From NCBI RefSeq assembly GCF_038025025.1, contig NW_027117340.1, positions 1,240,001-1,304,000 of the forward strand: a stretch of 64,000 bases of DNA, in the 5' to 3' direction. Under the pieces are notes generated by a model. It was not told where the DNA came from. It ran no database searches and saw only the letters and a program-made list of their open reading frames with translations. A program made the translations under genes and the position numbers. This document shows positions 49,797-61,934 of the stretch, piece by piece (the stretch's first letter is position 1; each line of letters opens with the position of its first letter). This DNA is from Phyllosticta citribraziliensis (taxonomy: Eukaryota).

Positions 49797-52168
49797 TCTA
49801 CCTGGCTGACTGATGTTGTTCCTTTCTGATGCTGCTTCTGTTAAATCATCGATGATTGAACCTGGATTCTATACGGGACTCGTCTTGGCTCAGCTTACAG
49901 CGCACGGCACGCTCATCGCCAGATGATGGACATTGGTAATCGCGTCGCCACTCGAGTACGTTGTTGGCATGGATGAGCAGCATCAGGATCACGACTCGGT
50001 TCAGCAAGGCAGGGGCAGCAAAGTGACGGGTACCTACGTAGGTACATGTTCTCTACACTGCCGACGTGCAAGCATCAAGCTACTCCTAGAAGAGGTACGA
50101 GGAGGAATGTGTGGCGGTTAATGGCTGGATGACGAGCGGCTGGTGCTGGCTGGATTGGAGTGGCTCGGACGGACGGAAGCCCTTCCCTCTTTGTGGGTTA
50201 CCTGACTTAGTAAGGCAAAGGCGGGCGGTGGTGCGCTGGCTGGTTGGTTCAGGTTGGGCGCTGCAAGGCTGAGACCTACGTCGTTGTACATGCATGTATG
50301 TCTCGGTTTTGACTGAGGGGAGTGAGCTCGAGGATGAGGAAGGCTGGAGACACACAAAGGATCGAGGGCGGGCGGGCGGGCGGAGAGGCTGCTGCTGCTG
50401 CTGCTGAGCAGACAAGCAAGCAAGCAAGAAAAGGATGGAACGTCGAATGCGATTCGTTGAGTGTCATCGTTTCGGTGTTTCTTTTGCTCCCTTAAATTTT
50501 GGTCGAGACTATTGGTGTCGGATTTTGGATGGGTCTACACAAGGAAAAATACGGAATGGCGAGGTTCAGCCGTCAGAATGGCGCGGGTCGGCCGGGTGGA
50601 TAGACGGCCGACGGCCATGAGCCCAGCTCAGCGCGCGGCGGCGGGCGCGGCAGACGGACGACGCGAGGCGACGCAGGAGCCGTTGATCAACCAACGACCC
50701 CCCCTCTTCTCCTCCGTAGAGGGAGATCTACGCACGAAAGAGGGACCACGGGGCGATCAACCCAATCAATCAATCATTTTTCCTTCGACGTCCGGTTGCT
50801 ACTTTTGCTCGGGCGGCCACTACTCGTCCTATAATTTGGTGCCCCTGTACCATGGAAGTATGGGCGGCGGCATGCCCGAGCAACAGCCATGGGATTACCG
50901 ATTGTTATTTTTCTTCTCATTTTCAATCGCCACCAGGCAGGCAGGGAACAAAACAGACACATTCCTTTGGCTAAAGATGCACGCACAATTACAATCCTTG
51001 AGCGACCCGAGGCGGCTGTTGCTGCATGCAAAGCGGCGGCGGCGGCGGCGGCGGGTTGGGCCATGGCTGCACAGGGGCATACAGGCAGACAAGTAGAGAC
51101 CCGCGAGCTTGGATTTGGGACAGTTGCAATTTTTCCCTGGCGCCCGCAGAGTGGGGAGCGTGGTGGATGACGGAGATAAGGACCATGACAGGTGCAGCAG
51201 AGGGGAGAGGGAGCTGCTGATATTGTATGTAGACGTGTGCCTGATGACGAAGGTCGAGGCAGACGGGAGACGGGAGACGGCAACGGGAGTGAAACAGGCA
51301 GCGGCTAGTCAGGGAGTCAGGGAGAGTGAGGGAGGGAGTGCTACGGTACCTAGGGCCGGGCCCGGCGCGGGAGAGGCCGCGGGCGGCTTCGGGCCATGTT
51401 GCCACTACACTGCCTACTACGCTCGTCTGTCTCTCAGTACATGTAGGAGTTGAAGTTGCACGGGATGCGCATCAGACGGGCAGTTCTGCACGGCAAGGAG
51501 CATGCCCATGGAGGGCGTGGTGGAGGGTGGCAGAGGTGTTGGTGTGCGATCGAACCACCGAGCGAGCGAGCGAGCATGCGCCTGTCGTGTAGGCGAGAAA
51601 AGTGGCCTGATGTGGGAGACAAGTCCATGTCCCATCGTCGCCATCCATGCGACGGAGAGTTGGCCTCCCTTGGCCGGGCGCCTCTTCCACCACGGCACTC
51701 TGCTCAGCTTCGAACAACAAGTCGAGTCGCTACATACAACGACTGTGATAATCTGCATCCACGCTCCAAGTCCCACTAGTCCACCACCGTCCTTCCTGGT
51801 CAAAAAGGGAGAGGGGCAACCCAGTCCCAACCCACTCCAACCCACTCCACTCCCAGTCCCAGTCCAAAACCACGGATCCCACCTCGCATCTCCCATACGC
51901 GCACCACCGTCCCAAAATTTCACCATCCGCGCTCGAATGCACTTCACCTTTGACCCCCGGAACCATACCATCCCTCCTCACCTCTACAACTGAAAGCTGT
52001 CCCCGCCGTCTGCCGTCACCTCAGCTCTCACCACCTGCCTCCAACTGTGCCAACTTTGGTCCGGATTACCTAAGCCCTCACGTCGCACAGCCCGGGCCCT
52101 TTGATTCATTGCCTCCACGCTGAGCTCGACTCGACTCGACGACACTTCACCAAACCCCGACCACAGCC

Positions 52169-53620
52169 ATGGCCCTCCACTGGAACTCGTTCCTCCCCGA
52201 GGACGCTCTCAGCTCACAAAACGACCGCTGGGACCTCCCCTCGAGGACCAGCTCTCAACCAAACCAGCCTGCCGCCACCTCGACTGCCCCCGCCACCTCT
52301 CACTCTCACTCTCACGCCTCCGCCCCGGCTACTGCTCAAGCCCCCGACTTTTCCCAATTCGACAATGCCGCCCAGGAGACGTACTTTTCCGACGCCTTCT
52401 ACAACGACCCTAACAACTACTTCCTCAGCGACCTCGAGGTCCTCGAGCCGCTCGGCAACGTCACCCTCGCCGGCTCCACATCCGACTCTTCGCCCGAAAA
52501 CTACAACGATGTGACCCAAGTGGACCTAACCGACCCCTCTCGCATGGCTCGCTTTGAGCCTGCCCGCTCCTCGACCGTCTCCAACCCTCCCATGACGTCG
52601 ACGGCGCCTTCCGCCTTGTCTGCGAGACAGCAAAGACCGGGCGTACCCACGGCTTCCCTTGTCGACATTCAGCAAACTTATGCCAAGGCCTTTCCCTCTG
52701 ACCCTCGCTCGCAGGCCTATGTCGAGGATCTGACCTACTCGCAGCCGTCGAGGCAGTCTTCGACCCAAGTCGTCAACACCTTGGAGACGGTCGAAGAGAT
52801 TCAGGAGACGGATCTCACCACCAAGCGCAACCGCGGCGGCATCAACAACAATGCCGACGCCATCTCCGCCTGCTGGACCTCCCCGCTTTGCCCCAATCAC
52901 AAAAAGGAGGGCACCCCACCCAATCCCTCCACTTGCAACGGTGGCTGCGCGCCTTTCCTGTTCGCCGACGAAGCGCCGCTCTTCGATCCGAACAATGCCA
53001 ATATGCTGGGTGCCGAGCCGCTGCCATCGAAAGAATCGCCCGAGGGCGTTGTGGAGATCCAGTCGAGACCAAAGCTGAAGCGTAGCGAGAGCGACTCCAA
53101 CCGTGAAGCTCCTTCAGGACGCGTCTTCAGCAAGAGCGGATCTGCTGCAACCGATCCCGAGCCGCAACAGCAGCCGCATCTGAAGAATGAGAGCAGTCCA
53201 GACTCGCACTCGCCCGAGGACACGACCAACATCCAGCCCACCACCGAAGGGGACAACAAGAACAAGGGCCGCCGCCGTTTGCCTCACAACCAGGTCGAAC
53301 GCAAGTACCGTGAGTCTCTCAACACGCAGCTGGAATCGCTGCGGCGAGTTGTGCCCGCACTACAGCAATCATCGCGCGGATGCGACGGTGGCGACATTGA
53401 GGACCTGCCGACTCCCAGCAAGCCCAGCAAGGCCGTGGTCCTAGCCAGCGCGACAGCTTACATCAAGCAAATGGAAAAGGACAAGAAGCAGCTGGCCGAC
53501 GAGAACCAGCTGCTGCGCAGCCGCATCAAGGCCTTGCAGGCGCTGGTCAAGTGCGAAGACTGCAGCCTCATGCAGTACGTCATGGATCTCAAGTTGCACA
53601 ACGGTGCGCCGGGCGGCTAG
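52169..53620 (+). CDS. bHLH transcription factor with C-terminal zipper, SREBP-type Tyr in the basic region
   Basis: RRRLPHNQVERKYRESLNTQLESLRRVVP...KAVVLASATAYIKQME followed by a leucine-zipper-like coil; intronless. Confidence 0.92.
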   Translation: MALHWNSFLPEDALSSQNDRWDLPSRTSSQPNQPAATSTAPATSHSHSHASAPATAQAPDFSQFDNAAQETYFSDAFYNDPNNYFLSDLEVLEPLGNVTLAGSTSDSSPENYNDVTQVDLTDPSRMARFEPARSSTVSNPPMTSTAPSALSARQQRPGVPTASLVDIQQTYAKAFPSDPRSQAYVEDLTYSQPSRQSSTQVVNTLETVEEIQETDLTTKRNRGGINNNADAISACWTSPLCPNHKKEGTPPNPSTCNGGCAPFLFADEAPLFDPNNANMLGAEPLPSKESPEGVVEIQSRPKLKRSESDSNREAPSGRVFSKSGSAATDPEPQQQPHLKNESSPDSHSPEDTTNIQPTTEGDNKNKGRRRLPHNQVERKYRESLNTQLESLRRVVPALQQSSRGCDGGDIEDLPTPSKPSKAVVLASATAYIKQMEKDKKQLADENQLLRSRIKALQALVKCEDCSLMQYVMDLKLHNGAPGG

Positions 53621-56600
53621 CTGCCAGCGCACTGTCGAACCAGAAAGAAAGGGTTTTGATGATGAGACGGCCGCACTGAGTATCCTGATTTTTCTTCGTG
53701 TTGAGCATGCATTGCTTAAGTCTTTCGAATCTTTTTCATCGCGAGCCGCTCCCTCGTTGGGACTGGAGGCGTTTTCTCTTTTTCTTCTCCTTCCAACACA
53801 CGAATACGCTCAGAGCCCACCACCCGAACACGCCACTCTACTCAACAAACACCGACGACGAGATTTCTCCTACCGTACACAAACTTGACTATACGTCAGC
53901 AGCATCATTACTCCCAACATCATCATTACGAGCGGGACAGGTGTCGGATTATACCTATTGTCCGACCGTTTGCCTGTTGCTCAGTCACCTCGACGCATTC
54001 GCTGCCCATTATTTTCCTGGCTTCCTTCCTTTCGTCTCTCTCCTCTCATATCAAGGCGTTTCGGGCAAGGGCCACATCATCAACATCATCAACATCACCA
54101 TAAGGGGGCAAAGCAAGAGCGCGCTAGTAAGCTTTTCTTCTTTTTTCTCGTTCGTCTGTTCAGGCTGAACGCGCTGGTTGGGCAAGGGCGTTGCTGGGTC
54201 TGTTTGTTTCCTCTCGTCCGTGTTTTCTTCGCACCTTTTCCAATTTTATTTCGCTTTTTCGACGGCTTTCCTTGAGTCTCGACTGGTGGGATTCCGTGGT
54301 TGCTCGGTTTCGGAGCGGGCGGGGTTGCGCGGGTTCGGTCGATCGGTCGGGGAGTTTTGATGAGACGTGCTGTCTGTCTGTTTGATGGCCGTCTGGTGTG
54401 TGTGTGTGCGCGTTGATTGATCTGCTGCGTCTGCGTAGAGGTAAAGGCATCGGGATCGGGATCGGGAGCGACGAGAATCGTTCGCAAGGAAAATTCGAAG
54501 GAGTCGTTGGTTGCGTGAGGGTCGAATCGTTTCTGGTACCTGCACGTACGAGGTGATGGCATGGATGATGGGAGGAAAATGCTTTGCTCTGGCGGCGGAC
54601 GAACGCAATGGATGTGGAAAAAGGGGTTTGATTGAAGGATGTGGAGAGGAGAATGACAATGGATGCCGTCGACTTACTGCACTTCGTTCCGTGGCTGGAT
54701 GTGATCGCGCGGCCTGTTCTTGTCCTTCTGTCGTGCTTGTCCGACCGACATCGATGTGAAGCCGTCTCCGAACTGGCCTGGAGCCACACGCAGAGCCACC
54801 CGATGGATGATGCTGGCAGCGTCCAGCAATGCGCAAAGTTTCCAAGAGGCCGATCGCTCGCTCGCTCGTCCCAACCCCATCTCTTGTTCTGCTTCCTCCC
54901 TCTCTTACCCCGGGCTCCCAGACAGGTTTGTCCCGAGCCAGCGATGCCCGGGACCTCTCCTGACGGCGTCTTCCTTTGGTCTTCCCCATGCCTTGCAAGC
55001 TCTGCCCTTTCTTTCCCTGTTGTTCTTGTACTCCCCTTCGCCTCCTCCTCGACCCCCCTCTAGCGGCTGAGCCTGTGTCCGTTCCCGTGTCCATTTCCAT
55101 GCCCATCTCCTCCCTCCCTTCTCCGCAGCACTCTTATTCGCAGCACTGTTGTTCGCACCGCTCTCCTCTTCCCTGCCAGTGCTGCCACAAGCCACCACAA
55201 AATTTTGTTTGTTTCGCACCACATGTACCGTACCCTGCGCTGCTTTGTCACCGTGTATGACGAATGGCTAAAGACGACGGGCTAGGCAGTCATGCGTGGA
55301 CAGAGCCAGGAAGATCGGTCGGGGGAGCGAGCGGAAGCGCTGCGAAATGGACGAGATGGATTGTGGCTCATGGAGTGCGAGACGCTGCAGGCAGGAAACG
55401 GGGGGGAACGTGCGGCCCGGCGGTCGGACGGTCAACTGCACTGAATGGATGGATGGATGGATGGATGTATGTATGGCACTGGCTGGACGACCGCGGTGGA
55501 TTCGACTGGCTGGGTGGTCAGTCAGCCCGGATCCAACAAGGAGAGTGTGCGGTCGCCTCGGGTCGGTTTGGTTTGGCTCGGTCGTGGTCAGGTTCAGGTG
55601 GATGTCGGGGTGTGGACTTACGGAGACGTGGAAGACAGCGTACCTGTGTGTCAGCACGTTGGCAAGACACGTTGTGGGTGGGTAGCTGTTCAGATCGAGA
55701 CGAGGCTCATCGTCGCGAAGTTTTTCGACGATCGTTGAGGGGGGTGTTTCGCTTCGGGCCTGGCAAACTTCGTCAGTGGAAGAGGCGATATCAGGAGGCC
55801 GGCGGATTCGCGGATTCCCTGGTTAGTGCTCGAGCAGACTGTCTGGGAGACTATGGTCAGTGCGGGCTCTTGCGCTTTTGTTTGATCACTAGACATTGGG
55901 TCGCTTGGTCTGTCCCAGAGTCTTTTCGACGGCGTAGTCGGCCGCTTTCGCGTCGAATCCGATCTTGCTTCTCGATGAGCAGCTGACTGGTTTTGGTTGC
56001 CACATCTATGATAGCAGCGGAGTTGAAGCACTGTCTTGAAAATTCCCAGGGGACTTGTTTGCCTCAGCAGAGGCGGCGAGCGCGCCAATGTCGATGCGGC
56101 AAACGTCGCGGAGCTGGACTTTTCGGTTGAGAGTGACAAAATTCAGCATGCAATGGACTTCTGCTGTGTCGTCGAGCTTGTTGCGGGGCAGTATATAGAT
56201 TTAGGACATGAATCGCTGCTCGTCAAAACCGTCGGTGTCGTCTTTGTCTCGTCTGGCATGCTAGGTGGCTTCTCTTCGTTGCGATGCTTGCTTTCACTTT
56301 CCTCTCCCGAGTTTTCACGAATGGCTTCAACTAGTGTTAATGGGAGAGTTACGAAGCGACTGCCTACCCGACCTGCTTCCGTAAGCCAAGGGATTGAGTG
56401 GACCCAGAGCTCTTAGATGGTCTGGTCCCGATGTTTCCTGGCGGAGTATGGCGCCAGATGGAAAATTGGGAGATGACGAAACGGAAGCCTTGGTTTAGAA
56501 ACGATGACCGTTACCATGTGTCTCTAGTTGAGATCGGCGGATGTGATGTGGAGAATGGGGGACGGTGTGTGCATGGTCATGACCTCAACCGTCAACTCGA

Positions 56601-58736
56601 TAGTCAACATGGATGCCTTGCAGCAGGACAGTTAGCGTGGAAGACGTGGGCCTGACAGTGAATTAGATGGACGAGAACGAGTACAACGGGTGGAAAGTGA
56701 CAGAGGACTGAAGCAAGACAAGTGGTGTGGAAGTGTTGGCGTGTTGAGTAAACACCGAGACATCGCCAGGGATGTCTCTCGACACTGACGTGACAAAGTC
56801 GATGGACAAGACAATGGACTCTATGGCCACGAGCTACAGCAAGGCAAGGAATGATCGAAACTCACTCGTCTCCGGCTCCATCCAAGCCCAACCACAAACT
56901 CCTTCGTCTGCGGGCCCCTTGCCAACCACCACCAAACCTTCCGCCTACCAGCATCGTGCTGATGAATGACGGGAACGACGCCAAGTCTTTCAATTCGAGC
57001 AATCACTGGCAAAGGACCGAGTCATGTCCGCGTAAGACCCCCCAAAGCCCAGAGCAGTCGGAAACCAGCCGGAGAGCAGAGAGTCCGGGCACAGCAGAAG
57101 CTTTTATATCCCAGCCTCCGCAAGCGGTCCCAGCCACCCCTCCCCTTCTGCACATCAGCATCAGCAGCCATGCAAGAAGCCGGGCGACGGTCAAGGACGA
57201 AAAACAGGAAAACACGGCTCAAGAAAGCACCCACACCACCGGACGGTCCGGTCCGAGCAAACGACGACCTGACCCACGCGCGACTCCTGAGGTAGGTAGG
57301 CATGCCGTCCGACTGCCAGCCGCAGCGCAGCATCCTCCATCGTCATCACTCATCACCACCGGGGGCCGGCACCGGCAGGAAGACGGACGCAAGGTGGGAG
57401 CTGCAGGAGCAGTCAGTCGCTTGAGGTTTCCCTTGTCAGCCCTGCGGTAATTGGTGTGGGCGTGCAGACGACGCGCTAGCTGCTTCTGAGTCGCGGACGG
57501 CGCTGGTAGGTCGGCGATGCGAAGCTGTCGAGGGTGAGGTGCATAAAAAGGAAGTAGTGTCAACTGTCATGGTGGCAATCCTCGTCGCCATGTCGCCAGT
57601 CGGTGTCTCGAAGCGGAAAGGGATGGGCGTGGGCCATGATCGACGAAGATGTCGCTCGGTGGCACAGACGGTCGGATGGTTGTGGGACCACCACACCTCA
57701 CGCGGCGAACACCATCCTCCTCCACCACCGCCAACCTACCAGCTTAGCCGGTGCCATCAAGGTTCAGCCTTCCAACTCATCGCTGGGCCAGCGCCGCATT
57801 TTGTTGCGGCCAAGGAAAGAAATTGTCGCCAAAGCCTCCTATCAGATGGCTCGAGTTGGAAAGCTTCCGTCAGGGCTGTCGATGCGCTCTGGGCAGGGAT
57901 TCGGCTCGTCTCCACTTCGCCTCTCGACAGGCATGGCGGCCGACCGCTGCTGCGAGAGCTTCACGAAGCACTCAGCTGAGGTTCGTTTTGGAGCAGCGAC
58001 AGCTACCGAAACGGTCGCCGGTGTGCGTCGTCTAAACCGCATTCGGCCCGCACAGTGGCCGTTGGACGTCGACAGGGGTTCGCGGCTGCTGCCGAGATGG
58101 TGGTGTGACATGCCGTGACCTCGCTCCCTTTCCGCGGAACGACTTATGCAGGGGTGAGCGAAACAATGGCAGAGGCTGCGGCGCGACTCGGGCAAGCGGA
58201 CTCCACTGCTGTGCTGCCGTGAAATCCAAAGATGCGAGCTGGTCTTGATTCACGCCCGAATACTGAACCTTGAGCATCGGGCGTTGCGGGGTGTCGTGTC
58301 GTGATGCTATGGTCACTTGGGGGCGGAGGGCGCGGTGGCGTGTCAGTCGGGCGAGATGACGGTGCGCTGTGTTGGTCGACAGCTGAGGGGCGCGGGGGAC
58401 TTGGAATGGCTGATGTTGGAGTTGAGGAGACCTGGAAGAAAGGAAGGGTCTAGAGCTACGTCATCCTCTCTCACGCCATGCACGGTGGACATGGCCGGGA
58501 CATGGACCGACCGTTGTTCGAGACTACAGTGGAGTGCATGCGCGCGGGGCTCAAGGCTGAAGACTGCCCAGAGATATATTGAAGCCCATCCTTCCATCTC
58601 AGGAAATTATGGAGCACTCCATAAAGCCAACCACTGCCGAAACACCACCTCTTCTCCTTCACGGAAGACCTTCCAGAACCAATCACAGTTACCTTTTGGG
58701 GGACTTCGCCAACACCAAAGAATCACACCGTCCTCA

Positions 58737-59390
58737 ATGGCCCGCATCCCCTCCCAAGGCCCTCTCCACAACACCCGCTCTCCCGCTGCGGTAGCCCAGG
58801 CCCTTCACAAACTCAAGCGGCTCCCTCTTTCTGTTCCCATCAACAAGTACACCCCGGAAAGCATCCAAGCCGCACAGCAGCGGCTGCGCAATCGACGCCG
58901 CGACGCCCTCGCTCCCGATTTTGACGTGCGCGAGACCGACAGCGCGTTCTACCTCGAAGGAGAGCTCCCAGGCATCGCCTCCACCTCTGCCATCCGCCTC
59001 CATTGGATAGACCGCCGCACATTGACCATCGAGGCCACCATTGAAAAGGTCGATCTCGAGGCGGAATGGGGACTGTTAAGGCCGATTCGTGGCACTTCGG
59101 TGCAATCCAGCAGCGATGGTGATGACATGGTGGTCGACAAGAGCCCCGAAGTTGAAGGAGTGGTCGAGGCCAATGCCATCGAGGACAAGCCGTCCAAGCC
59201 CGTCGTACGGGAATGGTTGGCCGAGCGAAGGTGCGGCCAGTACCAGAGGACCTTCACGTTTCCGACGGATGTGGATGCCGAGGCCATCAGGGCAAGATTG
59301 GGACAAGGCTTGTTGCGGGTCCTCGTGCCGAAAGTGGTGAGGACTGGGGTCGACGTGAGGAGGGTTTCAGTCGACGACTGTGAGGAGTAA
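58737..59390 (+). CDS. Small heat shock protein (HSP20 / alpha-crystallin domain)
   Basis: PDFDVRETDSAFYLEGELPG...WLAERRCGQYQRTFTFP..VD...I.A.L.QGLLRVLVPK. Likely ATG at 58737, downstream of a TATA-like element near 58574. Confidence 0.88.
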   Translation: MARIPSQGPLHNTRSPAAVAQALHKLKRLPLSVPINKYTPESIQAAQQRLRNRRRDALAPDFDVRETDSAFYLEGELPGIASTSAIRLHWIDRRTLTIEATIEKVDLEAEWGLLRPIRGTSVQSSSDGDDMVVDKSPEVEGVVEANAIEDKPSKPVVREWLAERRCGQYQRTFTFPTDVDAEAIRARLGQGLLRVLVPKVVRTGVDVRRVSVDDCEE

Positions 59391-59805
59391 CCTTTGCGGA
59401 CCTTTGGGCTGGCGCTCGGAGTTATCAGGACGCGGACTATACCTGGTGTCACCTTTCTTGCCGGCGTGCAAGGTTGGATTGGAGTTATCGGTTTTTGTGG
59501 GCTTTGTATGGTGTCTGGATTTCCAGCGCGTGTTTTGGTCTTGAATTGTACGATTGCACGACTAGGGTTGGGTTGTTGGATTCTGGCAGCATCATGATCA
59601 AACTTAGCAGAATGAATGGAACAACATGATATGGCTCAATATTCTGTTGCTACCATCAGTCTTTTGCGACTTATACAAAAACTGGCGAGAATCTTACAGG
59701 TTCAATCTTGGAAGGTGTGTGACGACAAGCGCCCGAGTCTGCTTCGCAGATCATCGTAACTTCGCTTGAAAGGATTCGTCAGTTCTCAAGTCCGATGACA
59801 GAAGG

Positions 59806-60786
59806 CTATCGAGCCTCGATGCTGGTTCCTTCCGAGCGTTCCGTTCGTCTTTTCTTGACCCATTCACCAAATGGCCTCCAGATCTCCTCCTTCTCAGCGG
59901 GTTTAGTCGAAGCCGATAGACCGCTAGTGCTTGATGCCACAAAGACACGAGCTCCTGTCCAGGCAGCATCATCCTGGCCATCTTCTTCCTCGGCGTCAGA
60001 CTTTCCCATGTTCTCTTTCTCGTCTTGCCATCCGTATTTGAATTGCTCCTTCGTTGGGTTCTTTCCGTATCGCCACCTCCAAATTGCTTCCCAGATTCCT
60101 TTCCCAACAATACACACTGCTTCGGGTTTGTATTGTCGGATTTTGGCCTCCAGTATTGGCGTTCCAGCAGCCATTTCCGCTTTAGATAACTCGGCAGCAT
60201 CTTTTGTTGGTCGCTCGACGATGTTGGTGTTGCCCATGGCATATAGGCGGGGCAAGTCTACGTCTTCTTCAGGGCGACAGCGTCGATCGGTGCAGCCAGA
60301 GGAATGCAGTAGCTTCCAGAACATATTGGATGGGTGCGCGTAGGCATGGCCTGCTGTGGCGGTCTTGATGCCCGGATTGGTGCCGACGAAGACGCAGATA
60401 AGGTTTGGCTCAAGGACATCCTTCAACGGCGACAAATGTGCGTATTTCGAAGGAGGCGCGTATTTGCTAGGTGTGCGGCGGCGCTTTGCAGACAGAGGAG
60501 TGCTGGATCCATCAGACTCGTTTTTGATGTCAGTCGATTCGGCGCGCTTCACACCTCGACGCGGTGAGGATTCCGCAGAGATCTTGGCTTCAGTATCATT
60601 GACGTAGCGAAACTTTTCAAGGCTGGCATTGAAAGTCGAAGGCGTTGTCTCAATCTGCTGTGGCTTGAGGTCTTTCGGCGCCCCCGGATGAATCGCTACC
60701 GAGGCGGATGGATGGTCATTGGCGTTGCCGTTTGTATGAATCGGAGACTCAGCTGGCTTGGTACGACTGCTCCTGGTCTGAACCAT
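59806..60786 (-). CDS. thp1: G/U mismatch-specific uracil/thymine DNA glycosylase (TDG/MUG family)
   Basis: VFVGTNPG, GHAYAHPSNMFWKLL, GNTNIVERPT, CIVGKGIW and SSTSG. Likely start is MVQTR at 60786. Confidence 0.93.
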   Translation of the reverse strand: MVQTRSSRTKPAESPIHTNGNANDHPSASVAIHPGAPKDLKPQQIETTPSTFNASLEKFRYVNDTEAKISAESSPRRGVKRAESTDIKNESDGSSTPLSAKRRRTPSKYAPPSKYAHLSPLKDVLEPNLICVFVGTNPGIKTATAGHAYAHPSNMFWKLLHSSGCTDRRCRPEEDVDLPRLYAMGNTNIVERPTKDAAELSKAEMAAGTPILEAKIRQYKPEAVCIVGKGIWEAIWRWRYGKNPTKEQFKYGWQDEKENMGKSDAEEEDGQDDAAWTGARVFVASSTSGLSASTKPAEKEEIWRPFGEWVKKRRTERSEGTSIEAR

Positions 60787-61560
60787 GTTGCTCGTTGTGT
60801 ACTCTGACCGGCATCGTGAGCACGCAAAACCGGTGTTGAGGTTCATTGTGAAGCTGTGGCGGAACCTGCGTTGGGTGACGTAGCAGCCACCGCGCTAATC
60901 CCAGCCTCGCTTGACGCGCTGGACAGGAACCACCCATCGGCAGCCTTCCCCGCTTGTTCAACCACAAGCTCTACCACCTCATGTTTGGTCCAGGTTCTTT
61001 GGCGCCCCCGCCCCGATTAATCACTGCTTTGGAACCGTTCCGACGCCTACAACGGCACCGAGGCTACCAAGTTCAGTCTGTCCACGGTTTGAAACCGCAA
61101 CGGGCACAACCAAATCCTGCTTCCACAGCAGCCTGACGAGACACTTGAATAGGAGTTTCTCCGCATGGCATATTCGCGAGGTCTGCGAGCTGAGATACGT
61201 TGAATTCATTGTCGAGGTAGCAAAAAAGCTTTCCTTCCTTGCGCTCTTCGTTCCTGGCATACGTCCAAATCAAGTTTGGAACTGGTCGAGATGTGGGCAG
61301 AGCAACATGGTCTTTGCAGAAACCCCTGGCGACACGAAGTCTTTGCTTGGCTCCTGTAGGACAAAATTCTGGTTTCAAAGTGAACCTAACCTCCATTCCC
61401 CTTGCATGTTGTTGCACCAGTATCGAGCAATAGGAAGGGGCCAACACCCGGCCCTTTCTACTTTCTCGAGTTGTCCCCATGACACCAATTGCCAGGCATA
61501 AAGGTTACTCGGACCCCACAGACTTTTCTACACAATTTCTGAGCCGTCCTCCAATTCACC

Positions 61561-61934
61561 ATGCACTTTCACATCCTCACAGTCGCCTTGTTTTCCTGCA
61601 TTTGGGCTTCCGAAGCCAGACCATCAAAGTGCAACAAACAATATGATCCGGCTGCTTGTGGCGCCTGCCACTATTGGAAAGACTGTTTGACCCGGAGTGG
61701 CGCATGGATTTATCCTTGGTAGGTCGCGAACAGCGAAGCAGAGATTGAAGTTAACAAGAAGACAAAAACAGCGCGGCCTGCGACTTTACCTCTTGGTGCA
61801 ATTGCACCGCTCCCGCTGGCCTCTTGGGACCGGAGCCTGGCGCAGCTGTAGTCACAACGGCCATTCCCTCGGCACCGACGACATCCATCCCGAGGAATTC
61901 GACTGCAATTTTCAAGCACGTTTTGCCGAACTGA
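61561..61934 (+). CDS. Small secreted cysteine-rich protein (106 aa), effector candidate
   Basis: Exons 61561-61718 and 61772-61934; intron GTAGGT...GTTAAC...CAG. Signal-peptide-like MHFHILTVALFSCIWASEA, 8 Cys in the mature part and a Pro/Thr-rich tail. Confidence 0.72.

Noticed and set aside
54095..58195. Long ORFs (e.g. 54246-55106, 55264-55986, 56851-57450)
   Set aside because: They read through microsatellites and have biased composition without domains. 56772-57450 might be an orphan but is unsupported.
58317..58736. N-terminal extension of the HSP20 ORF in the track
   Set aside because: TTG start, spans the TATA-like element, and the composition is not protein-like; the ATG at 58737 is preferred.
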